Assembly (NCBI GenBank): GCA_002473385.1
Contig: DKTR01000116.1
Location: forward strand, 6,370 to 70,369
Length of the DNA: 64,000 bases
Direction of reading: 5' to 3'
Source: Lachnospiraceae bacterium UBA7225
GTDB taxonomy: Bacteria; Bacillota; Clostridia; Lachnospirales; Lachnospiraceae
This document shows positions 51,799 to 61,404 of this stretch, in pieces. A program made the translations under genes and the position numbers. Below the pieces are notes generated by a model, which was not told the DNA's origin, did no database searches, and saw only the letters and a program-made list of their open reading frames with translations. Each line of letters starts with the position of its first letter. Position 1 is the first letter of the stretch.

Positions 51799-54700
51799 AT
51801 GGGTAACGTAAAGAGAGTTTATGTGGAAAAGAAACCGGCTTTTGCCGTACAGGCGAAGGAATTGAAGCACGAAATACGCAGCTATCTGGGAATTGCCGGG
51901 CTGACTGGCGTGCGTGTGCTGATTCGCTATGATGTGGAAAATATTTCAGAGGAAGTATTTGAAAAAGCGTGCAAGACGGTATTTTCAGAGCCGCCGGTAG
52001 ACACCCTTTATCATGAAAACTTTCCAATGGGGGAGGGCGACCGCGTTTTCTCTGTAGAATATCTGCCGGGACAGTTCGATCAGCGGGCGGATTCCGCTGA
52101 GCAGTGTGTGCGGTTCTTAAACGAAGAGGAAAAACCGGTGATCCGCTCGGCGACCACCTATGTTATTGAGGGAACACTGACGGAGGAAGAATTCGCTGCA
52201 GTGAAGAGCCACTGCATTAACCCGGTGGATTCCCGTGAGACGGGCATGGAGAAGCCGGAGACACTGGTGACAGTGTTTGAAGAGCCGGAGGATATAAAGA
52301 GTTTTGACGGCTTCTGTGAGCTGGAAGAAGCGCCGCTGAAGGAATTATATGCTTCCTTGAATCTTGCTATGACTTTCAGAGATTTTCTGCATATCCAGAA
52401 TTATTTTAAGAATGAGGAAAAACGCGATCCGTCCATGACGGAAATCCGCGTGCTGGATACCTATTGGTCAGATCATTGCCGTCATACGACCTTCTCCACG
52501 GAACTGAAAGATATTGTGTTCGGGGAGGGCGATTATAAGGAGCCGATCGTCGGCACCTATGAAAAATACCTGGCAGACCGTGCGGAGATTTTTAAGGGAC
52601 GCGAGGATAAGTTTGTCTGCCTGATGGATCTGGCGCTGATGGCGATGCGCAAGCTGAAAAAAGAGAGCATGCTGGACGATCAGGAGGAATCCGATGAGAT
52701 TAATGCCTGCAGTATTGTAGTGCCGGTGGAAATTGACGGAAAGACGGAAGAGTGGCTGGTAAACTTCAAAAACGAAACCCATAATCACCCGACAGAGATC
52801 GAGCCGTTCGGCGGCGCAGCAACCTGCCTTGGCGGTGCGATCCGTGATCCGCTCTCCGGCAGAACCTATGTATACCAGGCGATGCGTGTGACCGGCGCGG
52901 CAGACCCGACCACATCCGTGAAGGATACACTGAAGGGCAAGCTGCCGCAGAAGAAGCTGGTGCGCGGTGCGGCAAAGGGATACTCTTCTTATGGAAACCA
53001 GATTGGACTTGCCACCGGCTACGTAAAAGAAATTTATCATCCGGATTATGTGGCGAAGCGTATGGAGATCGGTGCAGTGATGGGGGCAGCTCCGAGAAAG
53101 GCTGTGAAGAGAATGACATCCGATCCGGGCGATATTATCATCCTTCTTGGCGGACGCACCGGGCGAGACGGCATTGGCGGTGCTACCGGTTCCTCAAAGG
53201 TGCATACGGAGGCTTCCATTGAGGTCTGCGGGGCGGAGGTGCAGAAGGGAAATGCGCCGACTGAGCGTAAAATCCAACGTATGTTCCGCCGTCCGGAGGT
53301 GAGCTGTCTCATTAAAAAGTGTAATGATTTCGGTGCGGGCGGTGTTTCTGTTGCGATTGGTGAGCTGGCGGAAGGATTGCAGATTTATCTTGACAAGGTT
53401 CCGAAAAAATATGCCGGTCTGGATGGTACGGAGATTGCTATTTCTGAATCGCAGGAGCGCATGGCGGTTGTCGTAGATCCGAAGGATGTCGAAGAATTTC
53501 TGAAATATGCGAATGAGGAAAATCTGGAGGCGGTTGAGGTGGCAGTTGTCACAGAAAGTCCGCGTCTGGTGCTTATCTGGAGAGATAAAGAAATTGTAAA
53601 TATCAGCCGTGCCTTCCTTGATACGAATGGTGCGCATCAGGAAACCAGCGTGTTTGTGGAGATTCCGTCTGAGAAGGACAAATATTTCCGCAGAGATGAG
53701 GTGGCAGATGTCCGGACGAAATGGCTGGATACCTTAAGCGACTTAAACGGCTGCTCCCAGAAGGGTCTCGTGGAGATGTTCGATAGCTCCATCGGCGCGG
53801 GCAGTGTGCTGATGCCGTATGGCGGGAAATATCAGCTTACGGAGACACAGGCGATGGTGGCGAAGCTGCCGGTGCTGGAAGGTAAGACAGACACTGTTAC
53901 AATGATGGCTTATGGTTTCGACCCGTATCTGTCAAGCTGGAGCCCGTATCATGGTGCCATCTATGCGGTGCTGGAGTCGGTGGCAAAAATTGTGGCAGGC
54001 GGCGGTGATTACCGTAAAATCCGTCTCACCTTCCAGGAATACTTCCGCCGTATGACGGAAGATCCGAAGCGCTGGAGCCAGCCGTTTGCGGCATTGCTCG
54101 GCGCATACAATGCACAGCTTGGCTTTGGTCTGCCGTCCATCGGCGGCAAGGATTCCATGTCGGGAACATTCAATGAGATTGATGTTCCGCCGACGCTGGT
54201 TTCTTTTGCGGTGGATGTTGCGAGTGATAAAACGATGGTAACGCCGGAACTGAAAAAAGCCGGAAACAAGCTGGTGCTGCTTACGATTGAAAAAGATCAT
54301 TACGATCTGCCGGTTTATGCGCAGGTGAAGGATCAGTATGGGAAGTTCTTCGAGGATGTAAAGGCGGGCAGGATTGTCTCCGCATACACCGTAGACGGCA
54401 AAGGAATGGCGCTTGCGCTGGCGAAGATGGCGTTTGGAAATGGGCTTGGCGTGAAGGTGGAGCACAATGTTGACGAACGTGACCTGTTCACTGCAGGTTT
54501 CGGAAATATCGTGGCAGAGGTTCCGGGAGATAAGGTGAGTGAGCTTTCCATCACCTATACAGTGATCGGTGAAGTGCTTGCGGATGCACATCTGGAGCAT
54601 AAAAATGTGTCAATTTCTCTTGATGAGGCGCTTGAGGCATGGAAGCGCCCGCTGGAGAGTGTATTTAAGACCGTTTCCGGGGAAAATGGCGGCACGGCAT

Positions 54701-55659
54701 TCCTGGAGGGGCAGGATGACGCTGCAGTTTCGCTGGTGTCAGGCGACGGACCGACAGCCGTATTCTTTGCAGGCAGGCTGAACCCGGAAAATGAGGTGAC
54801 ATTTAAGGACGGCGTTTATAAGACTGACAAAGTATACATCTGTAAGCATAAAGTGGCGAAACCGCGCGTATTTATCCCGGTATTTCCGGGTACGAACTGC
54901 GAGTACGACAGCACAAAGGCTTTTGAGCGCGCAGGAGCGGAGGTAGACGTTAAGGTATTTAAGAACTTGACGGCAGAAGATATCCGTGATTCTGTAAATA
55001 TTTTTGAGAAGGCGATCGACCAGGCACAGATTATTATGTTCCCCGGCGGATTTTCTGCAGGCGACGAGCCGGACGGCTCCGCGAAATTCTTTGCGACGGC
55101 GTTCCAGAACGAGAAGATGAAGGAAGCAGTAATGCGCCTGCTGGAGCAGCGGGATGGTCTGGCACTCGGTATTTGCAACGGTTTCCAGGCTCTTATTAAG
55201 CTCGGTCTGGTACCATATGGCGAGATCGTCGGACAGACGGCGGATTCACCGACACTGACCTTCAACACGATTGGACGTCATATCTCGAAAATGGTTTATA
55301 CGAAGGTAGTATCGAATAAGTCTCCATGGCTGCGTCTTGCAGTGCCGGGCGCAACCTATTGTAATCCGGCATCCCATGGAGAGGGACGCTTCGTAGCAAA
55401 TGTGGAGTGGCTGAAGAAGCTGTTTGCCAACGGACAGGTTGCGACGCAATATGTATCTCCGGATGGTGAGCTGGATGTTAATAATGAAGAGTGGAATATC
55501 AATGGCTCCTACATGGCAATCGAAGGCATTACCAGTCCGGATGGACGTGTGCTCGGCAAGATGGCACACTCTGAGCGCCGTGGTGATTCCGTAGCAATCA
55601 ACATTTACGGTGAGCAGGATATTAAGATTTTCGAATCCGGTGTGGCATACTTTAAATGA
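51799..55659 (+). CDS. purL: Phosphoribosylformylglycinamidine synthase (large fused form)
   Basis: WSDHCRH, ETHNHPT, PGTNCE, GICNGFQ, MAHSER. Confidence 0.97.
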   Translation: MGNVKRVYVEKKPAFAVQAKELKHEIRSYLGIAGLTGVRVLIRYDVENISEEVFEKACKTVFSEPPVDTLYHENFPMGEGDRVFSVEYLPGQFDQRADSAEQCVRFLNEEEKPVIRSATTYVIEGTLTEEEFAAVKSHCINPVDSRETGMEKPETLVTVFEEPEDIKSFDGFCELEEAPLKELYASLNLAMTFRDFLHIQNYFKNEEKRDPSMTEIRVLDTYWSDHCRHTTFSTELKDIVFGEGDYKEPIVGTYEKYLADRAEIFKGREDKFVCLMDLALMAMRKLKKESMLDDQEESDEINACSIVVPVEIDGKTEEWLVNFKNETHNHPTEIEPFGGAATCLGGAIRDPLSGRTYVYQAMRVTGAADPTTSVKDTLKGKLPQKKLVRGAAKGYSSYGNQIGLATGYVKEIYHPDYVAKRMEIGAVMGAAPRKAVKRMTSDPGDIIILLGGRTGRDGIGGATGSSKVHTEASIEVCGAEVQKGNAPTERKIQRMFRRPEVSCLIKKCNDFGAGGVSVAIGELAEGLQIYLDKVPKKYAGLDGTEIAISESQERMAVVVDPKDVEEFLKYANEENLEAVEVAVVTESPRLVLIWRDKEIVNISRAFLDTNGAHQETSVFVEIPSEKDKYFRRDEVADVRTKWLDTLSDLNGCSQKGLVEMFDSSIGAGSVLMPYGGKYQLTETQAMVAKLPVLEGKTDTVTMMAYGFDPYLSSWSPYHGAIYAVLESVAKIVAGGGDYRKIRLTFQEYFRRMTEDPKRWSQPFAALLGAYNAQLGFGLPSIGGKDSMSGTFNEIDVPPTLVSFAVDVASDKTMVTPELKKAGNKLVLLTIEKDHYDLPVYAQVKDQYGKFFEDVKAGRIVSAYTVDGKGMALALAKMAFGNGLGVKVEHNVDERDLFTAGFGNIVAEVPGDKVSELSITYTVIGEVLADAHLEHKNVSISLDEALEAWKRPLESVFKTVSGENGGTAFLEGQDDAAVSLVSGDGPTAVFFAGRLNPENEVTFKDGVYKTDKVYICKHKVAKPRVFIPVFPGTNCEYDSTKAFERAGAEVDVKVFKNLTAEDIRDSVNIFEKAIDQAQIIMFPGGFSAGDEPDGSAKFFATAFQNEKMKEAVMRLLEQRDGLALGICNGFQALIKLGLVPYGEIVGQTADSPTLTFNTIGRHISKMVYTKVVSNKSPWLRLAVPGATYCNPASHGEGRFVANVEWLKKLFANGQVATQYVSPDGELDVNNEEWNINGSYMAIEGITSPDGRVLGKMAHSERRGDSVAINIYGEQDIKIFESGVAYFK

Positions 55660-55703
55660 GCAGATTAGGAAATGACAAATAAAACTGCTGAAATTGGCAG
55701 TTG

Positions 55704-55742
55704 CAAAAAGGGGAATGATTTGCAGGGATCATTCCCCTTTTG
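55704..55742 (+). terminator. Rho-independent terminator
   Basis: CAAAAAGGGGAATGAT / ATCATTCCCCTTTTG. Confidence 0.88.
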
Positions 55743-55892
55743 TTATGGGTTTTAAAAGCACGGATAAGACCTGTTCTGAGAAAGACTGTGAAAATCATGT
55801 GCAACAGTATGTTGCATAGACGGGCGCCAAAATACAACATATGGCTGTTTTAAATGCATATGTTTCATTTTGTTGCAACATATAAAAAATAC

Positions 55893-55922
55893 TTGAAAAA
55901 GAAATCCCTATGCGTTTATGAT
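55893..55922 (+). promoter_or_regulatory. Sigma-A type promoter
   Basis: TTGAAA-18-TATGAT. Confidence 0.55.
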
Positions 55923-55994
55923 AGGACTGTACAAATCTAGTACATCAAAGCGGGAGCTGATGGGTGTACATAAATAAAGAAGGGAGTACTATCA

Positions 55995-56651
55995 ATGGAA
56001 CGTATGAATGAGGGGACACAAATCTGCTATGCAGTTCTCAGGGGCAGAGCAAACCAGCAGCTTTTTGAAGAGGAAATTCAAAAGATGAAGGTTCTGGATG
56101 TGGCGGCAGGTATCCGAAAGGATATGGAACCGGAAATTCAGGTTCTTGCCTACTGCGTACTGGACAATGAGCTGCACCTGGTGCTGCAGACTGACGGTAA
56201 TCAGGCTGCAGAAAAATATCTGGACAAGGTAATAAAACGCTATGAGGAAACCTGTATTCCGGAAAATGATGCCGTCTTGCGGATCGATTATCTGCCGGGA
56301 ACCAGGCATTTTCCAGAGGTAAATTCGTCGGTACATGAGCAGGGCATTATGTATGGCATTAACCGGAAAGCTATGCATTTCCGCAAGAGTACCATGCATG
56401 TTCTGAAAGATATGAAATCAGCGCTCCGGTATTGTATGAAGCTGCATATGCTGCCGGTAAAGGAGCAGATTGTCAGTGCACCGGAGGACTACTGGTGGTG
56501 CAGCTATCTGGATTACCTTGGCAGGTGCTGGCTGCCGCTCACAAATACCGGTAAGCTTCTCGGTGAGCTGGATGTGAATGAGAGACAGGCACAGAGAATC
56601 ATACGGCAGAAGCATTTAGACGCACTGGCGAAATTATCTTCTAATAACTAG
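55995..56651 (+). CDS. RAYT/Y1 (IS200-fold) tyrosine transposase-like protein with degenerate active site
   Basis: LRG..Q.LF, LAYCVLDNELHLVL (usual AYCLMxNHxHL), LHMLPVK..IV..PEDYWWCSY (usual YIHxNPV..G....EDYxWSSY). Confidence 0.75.
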   Translation: MERMNEGTQICYAVLRGRANQQLFEEEIQKMKVLDVAAGIRKDMEPEIQVLAYCVLDNELHLVLQTDGNQAAEKYLDKVIKRYEETCIPENDAVLRIDYLPGTRHFPEVNSSVHEQGIMYGINRKAMHFRKSTMHVLKDMKSALRYCMKLHMLPVKEQIVSAPEDYWWCSYLDYLGRCWLPLTNTGKLLGELDVNERQAQRIIRQKHLDALAKLSSNN

Positions 56652-56695
56652 TACGTAACCAAAGCTGAGTTGTGATGAAAAAAATATAATTGTGC

Positions 56696-56724
56696 TTGAC
56701 AGAATCAACAGGTTATGTTATATT
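56696..56724 (+). promoter_or_regulatory. Sigma-A type promoter upstream of riboswitch
   Basis: TTGACA-17-TATATT with TG extension. Confidence 0.7.
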
Positions 56725-56739
56725 TTTAACAAGCAAGCG

Positions 56740-56829
56740 AAAGGGAGTAGCTGAACGGGTAAAACCCGGGTTTGAGATCGTCATTCGATGCCGAAGGGCA
56801 TCCGTATCAAATGAGATAGCAAGACTTTT
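56740..56829 (+). ncRNA. yybP-ykoY (Mn2+) riboswitch
   Basis: AAAGGGAGTAGC ... TCGTCATTCG ... CCG ... GCAAGACTTT; internal hairpins CGGGT/ACCCG and GATGCC/GGCATC. Confidence 0.85.
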
Positions 56830-56862
56830 ATTGTGGCAGGTGTCATGGTAAAAGTCTTTTTT
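56821..56862 (+). terminator. Riboswitch expression-platform terminator
   Basis: AAGACTTTTA / TAAAAGTCTT plus T-tract; overlaps the 3' strand of P1. Confidence 0.8.
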
Positions 56863-56947
56863 CTATATCATATTTAGAAGGGCTTTAAAAGCAGACAGGA
56901 GCACCTGCACATGCCGGATAGCTTGCCCGGAAAATGGAGGGAAAAAT

Positions 56948-57367
56948 ATGATGGAAAAAACAAGAGAACAGGAAATCCAGGAGGCAGTAAGAGCAGGAGA
57001 ACGGGCGCTGACAAGTCTGCGCCGGGCGAAAGAGAAACTGGACAGTGCGAGAAACTGGGGAATTTTTGATTTGCTTGGAGGTGGATTTATTACAGACATG
57101 ATCAAGCACTCGCGCATGAACGATGCAGTGGTGCTTATGGAAAGCGCCAGGGCGGATTTGCAGACCTTTCAGCGGGAGCTGCGTGATGTTTATGTGCCGA
57201 CAGAGCTTCGCATGGAAGTAGGCGATTTTCTCACCTTTGCGGACTTTTTCTTTGATGGACTGGTTGCCGATTATCTGGTACAGTCAAGGATCGCGGAGGC
57301 GAGGGAACAGGTGGATGACGCTATCCGTCAGGTGGAGCGTCTGCTGCGGGATCTGCGTGGTTTGTAG
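56948..57367 (+). CDS. Helical hypothetical protein
   Basis: RBS GGAGG; WGIFDLLGGG and FADFFFDG segments flanked by coiled coils. Confidence 0.8.
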   Translation: MMEKTREQEIQEAVRAGERALTSLRRAKEKLDSARNWGIFDLLGGGFITDMIKHSRMNDAVVLMESARADLQTFQRELRDVYVPTELRMEVGDFLTFADFFFDGLVADYLVQSRIAEAREQVDDAIRQVERLLRDLRGL

Positions 57368-57446
57368 AAATATGGAAAAGCTGCTCCGTACTCAGAAAAA
57401 AACGGATGGATACAACAGGGAGCATTCTGATAAAAGGAGGATCAAT

Positions 57447-57806
57447 ATGGGCTGTCTTGGAAATGTGTTATGGTTTATTTTTGGCGGATTTATCAGTGGA
57501 TTGAGCTGGTGTCTCGCAGGATGTCTGTGGTGTATTACCATTGTCGGCATTCCGGTGGGAATGCAGTGTTTTAAGTTTGCTTCAATGAGCTTTTTTCCTT
57601 TTGGAAAAGAAGTGGTTTATGGGGGTGGTGCAGCTTCCTTTTTGCTGAATGTTGTCTGGCTGGTTGTCTCCGGTATGGCTTTGGCGATAGAGCATCTGGC
57701 AATCGGGGCACTACTGTGCGTAACGATCGTGGGTATCCCGTTCGGGCTGCAGCATTTTAAATTGGCGAAGCTGGCGCTGATGCCGTTTGGAGCAGACATT
57801 GTCTAA
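57447..57806 (+). CDS. YccF-domain inner membrane protein
   Basis: Duplicated N..W...G...TIVGIP.G.Q.FK.A...PFG; RBS AGGAGG. Confidence 0.9.
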   Translation: MGCLGNVLWFIFGGFISGLSWCLAGCLWCITIVGIPVGMQCFKFASMSFFPFGKEVVYGGGAASFLLNVVWLVVSGMALAIEHLAIGALLCVTIVGIPFGLQHFKLAKLALMPFGADIV

Positions 57807-57820
57807 AAAAGAAGAACCTG

Positions 57821-57944
57821 CCGTGCCTGCACGGGCATTTGGCGAATGCTGCGAGGGGTGCTATGCGCCAGTGGCGCATGTTTAGCACCGGCCGGAGCGA
57901 AGGCGTAGATCAAATACCCCGCTGCAAGCAACGGGGTATTTGAT
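57821..57944. repeat. Cluster of REP-like palindromes
   Basis: CCGTG/CACGG; GGTGCT-ATGCGCCA/TGGCGCAT-gttt-AGCACC; ATCAAATACCCCG/CGGGGTATTTGAT. Confidence 0.65.
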
Positions 57945-57979
57945 TTCGGAGAGCGGGATATTTTGCAAAAGCTGACAGG

Positions 57980-58438
57980 TTATTCAATGACAGAAGTACA
58001 GTGCGGGCAGCGCGTTGCGTTAATATCAATTTCGCTCTGGCAGAAAGGACATTTTTTCGTTGTGGGAGCTTCTTCTTTGATTTCATTGTGATGACCGACC
58101 GTGGCAAGCTTATTCATGGCCTTTACAAGCATAAAGATCACGAATGCCATAATAAGGAAATTGATGACTGCGGTGATAAAGCTGCCGTAGGCAAAGACCG
58201 CGACACCGGCTTCCTGCGCGGCGGCAAGTGTGGTAAATTTCTGATCGCCGCTGAGCTGGATGAACCAGTTGGAAAAATCAATACCGCCGGTGACAAGGCT
58301 GATGACCGGCATGATGATGTCGTTTACCAGCGATGTGATGATGGACTGGAATGCACCGCCGATGATGACGCCGACTGCCAGATCCATAACATTTCCACGC
58401 ATGATAAATGTTTTGAATTCACCGATAAGTTTCTTCAT
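57980..58438 (-). CDS. mscL: Large-conductance mechanosensitive channel (C-terminal CxxC..CxxC)
   Basis: [30 protein letters not shown]. Confidence 0.96.
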   Translation of the reverse strand: MKKLIGEFKTFIMRGNVMDLAVGVIIGGAFQSIITSLVNDIIMPVISLVTGGIDFSNWFIQLSGDQKFTTLAAAQEAGVAVFAYGSFITAVINFLIMAFVIFMLVKAMNKLATVGHHNEIKEEAPTTKKCPFCQSEIDINATRCPHCTSVIE

Positions 58439-58707
58439 AGCTCATATACCCTCCTACGTAAAATATATTGATGCTATTTTAGCAAAAAAAACAGGATATT
58501 ACAATGTATCCGGTATGATTATTTTGCATAACAATCAAAAAATTCCGGATTGAAACATAGAGAGAAATGGTTGCTATTCGTAACGCACTGTGTTATAGTC
58601 AGAACGCATACCATGTGGATAAAACACATATGATAGAGGAACTTCTGGCTTCTGATCAATACCGGGATGGTAACGGTAAAAGAAGAAGCAGTGGGATGGG
58701 AGAAAAC

Positions 58708-59778
58708 ATGAGATTTATTCATATCGCAGATATACATCTGGGTGCGGTGCCCGATAAAGGGCAGCCGTGGTCGCAGAAGCGGGCACAGGAGATCTGGAAA
58801 AGCTTTCAAAGAGTGATCCGGGAGGCGGAGAGGGAACAGGTGGACCTTCTTTTGATTGCGGGAGATCTGTTCCACCGGCAGCCGCTTATGCGTGAGCTAA
58901 AAGAGGTTAATTATTTATTTAGCAGACTGAGCAGGACGCAGGTAGTCTGGATGGCGGGCAACCACGATTATCTTCATCGTGATTCTCCCTGCCGCAATTT
59001 TGCATGGGAGGAAAATGTGATTTTTCTGGATTCTCCGGAGTGCGAGAGTGTCTATTTTAAGCGGCTGGAGACGACGGTATATGGCTTTAGCTATTACAGC
59101 AGGGAGATTATGGAGCCGCTTTATGACGGTCTGGAGCCGGACAAAACGCCTGGGTGTCACATTCTGCTGGCACATGGAGGGGACAGCCATCATATTCCGA
59201 TAGATAAAAAACGTCTGGCGGCAAGCGGCTTTGATTACATTGCACTCGGACATATTCATAAACCGCAGATGCTTGTGCAGGATAAAATGGCCTATGCCGG
59301 TGCGCTGGAGCCGGTTGATAGCAATGATACTGGTGTACACGGCTACATTCTGGGCGAATATGCCGACGGACAGATCTGCACGGAATTTGTTCCGTTTGCC
59401 TGCCGGGAATATGTACAGCTTTCACTGGAGAGCAGCCTGGAGAGTACCGACTATGAAATGCAGGAGCGGATCGCGCGGGAAATAGCAGCCAACGGTGCCT
59501 CAAATATTTATAAGATAGACATTGTCGGGGCGCGGGAGCCGGAGATTGTGTATCAGACGGAAACCTACCGCGGGCTTGGCAACATCCTGGAGATCAACGA
59601 TCTGACGGAGCCGGGCTTTTCAATTGAAGAATTGCGGCTTCAGCATGGGCAGGATATCATCGGGCGCTATATAGAAAAGCTTTTGCCAAAGGAAGGCGGG
59701 GAGGATGACAGTCCGGTGAAGCGGCAGGCGCTTGCTTACGGAATTGCCGCGATGAAAAAAACGCAGAAGAGGTTATAA
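58708..59778 (+). CDS. SbcD/Mre11/YhaO-like metallophosphoesterase (DNA repair exonuclease)
   Basis: DIHLG, AGDLF, GNHD, AHG, LGHIH. Confidence 0.9.
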   Translation: MRFIHIADIHLGAVPDKGQPWSQKRAQEIWKSFQRVIREAEREQVDLLLIAGDLFHRQPLMRELKEVNYLFSRLSRTQVVWMAGNHDYLHRDSPCRNFAWEENVIFLDSPECESVYFKRLETTVYGFSYYSREIMEPLYDGLEPDKTPGCHILLAHGGDSHHIPIDKKRLAASGFDYIALGHIHKPQMLVQDKMAYAGALEPVDSNDTGVHGYILGEYADGQICTEFVPFACREYVQLSLESSLESTDYEMQERIAREIAANGASNIYKIDIVGAREPEIVYQTETYRGLGNILEINDLTEPGFSIEELRLQHGQDIIGRYIEKLLPKEGGEDDSPVKRQALAYGIAAMKKTQKRL

Positions 59779-61365
59779 ATGGAAATTTTAGAGATAAGAA
59801 TGGACCATTTTGGAAAATTTAATGGGCAGAGTATGGCATTTCATCCGGGAATCAATGTTGTCTACGGAGATAATGAAACCGGAAAAAGTACTATGCGTGC
59901 GTTTATACGGGGAATGTTTTTCGGGATTGACAGGATGCGCGGGCGTGCGGCGCAGCAGGACGAATACAGCTTGCGCCAGCCATGGGAGAATGGCAGCTAT
60001 TATTCCGGCATGCTCAGATTTCAGAGCGGTAATAAGGTTTACCGGATCGAACGAAATTTTGAGAAGCGGGACAAAGAGGTACGTCTGATCTGTGAGACGG
60101 AGGGGCGTGAACTGGATCCGGAGGAGCTTTCCGCTTTTTTAAATGGAATGGATGAGACCGCTTTTTCAAACACTGTATTTTTTGGCGGGCAGAGCGGGGA
60201 GACAGATGATGGACTGGCCAATGCTGTGCGAAATGGCATGATTAACGCCGGGAGCAGTGATTTGTCTGGCATAGATACGGCGAAGGCAATGGAGGAGCTG
60301 AAGGAAGAACGCAAAAATCTGGAGCGCGGAAAAAAGCAGAAGGTTGCCGCAAAGATCGAGAAGATGCAGGAGCTTTCCATGAAGATCGATTATGTCCGGC
60401 AGGAGCTTGAGCAGCTTGCAAAGCAGGAGACAAAGCAGCGGGAGCAGCTGAAAGCCATGGAGACAGAAATCCGGGAGGCCGGGGAGGCGTACAACAGGGA
60501 CAAAGAAGAGACAGAGATGGGAAATACCGGGACGATTGCATGGAAGGCAGGTAAAATCGCCATGGCAGTGATTGCGGTGGCGGCACTGGCAGCCGCACTG
60601 GTGGTTGATGACTGGCAGGTGCGTGCGGGTGCCGTGGCAGTTATTCTGATGGCATGTCTGGGCGTGCAGCTTTTCGGAGTGCGGGATCAGAAACAGAAGG
60701 ATCTTCTGCGGGAACAGGAAGCACAGCTTCGTGAGCAGCGGATGCGCCAGGAATATGAGCGGCAGAAGGCGCAGTACGAGCGGCAGCAGAGAAATGCTCC
60801 CAGGAAGGAACGTCTGCTTGCTAATCTGGAATGGACTGCGAATACACGCAGGGAAAAGCAGGTAATGCTGGAAGAACTGCAGGAACAGCAGCAGATGCTG
60901 AAAACGCAGAACGGCGAAGTGGAGGAGTTTGAGCAGAAGCTTTCTGCCATTTATCTTGCTATGGATACACTCTCTGAGGTGACAACAGAGATTTACCAGG
61001 AATATGCGGAAAGGCTGAATATGCGCATTTCGGAAATTTTATCTGTCATCACAGGTGGTAAGTACACGGGAGCTTATCTGGACGAAAATTTCCAGGTACG
61101 GGTGAGTACGCCGCAGAAGCTGCTGTCTATCTGGCAGATCAGCCGCGGAACCATGGAGCAGGTTTATTTTGTTTTGCGTATGGCATGCGCGGAATTTTTA
61201 AATCCTGAGGATATGCTGCCGCTGGTTCTGGACGATGCTTTTATCACATACGATGACACCCGCCTTGAGCAGACACTGCGGTGGCTGTCTCTTTGCGGGC
61301 GTCAGGTGCTGCTGTTCACCTGCCACCGGAGGGAGCAGGAGATTCTGCAGCGGTTATATCAATGA
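59779..61365 (+). CDS. YhaN/SbcC-like coiled-coil ATPase
   Basis: FGKF, GDNETGKST, coiled coil with TM hairpin, ISRGT.EQ, LVLDD, FTCH. Confidence 0.85.
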   Translation: MEILEIRMDHFGKFNGQSMAFHPGINVVYGDNETGKSTMRAFIRGMFFGIDRMRGRAAQQDEYSLRQPWENGSYYSGMLRFQSGNKVYRIERNFEKRDKEVRLICETEGRELDPEELSAFLNGMDETAFSNTVFFGGQSGETDDGLANAVRNGMINAGSSDLSGIDTAKAMEELKEERKNLERGKKQKVAAKIEKMQELSMKIDYVRQELEQLAKQETKQREQLKAMETEIREAGEAYNRDKEETEMGNTGTIAWKAGKIAMAVIAVAALAAALVVDDWQVRAGAVAVILMACLGVQLFGVRDQKQKDLLREQEAQLREQRMRQEYERQKAQYERQQRNAPRKERLLANLEWTANTRREKQVMLEELQEQQQMLKTQNGEVEEFEQKLSAIYLAMDTLSEVTTEIYQEYAERLNMRISEILSVITGGKYTGAYLDENFQVRVSTPQKLLSIWQISRGTMEQVYFVLRMACAEFLNPEDMLPLVLDDAFITYDDTRLEQTLRWLSLCGRQVLLFTCHRREQEILQRLYQ

Positions 61366-61371
61366 TATGGG

Positions 61372-61404
61372 GCGGCTTTTCCGGAAGATACCGGAGATAG
61401 CCGC
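61372..61404. terminator. Hairpin between convergent genes
   Basis: GCGGCT..TCCGG / CCGGA..AGCCGC. Confidence 0.55.

Noticed and set aside
55995-56651. Active IS200/IS605 element
   Set aside because: HUH and catalytic Tyr motifs degenerate; no tnpB or recognisable ends
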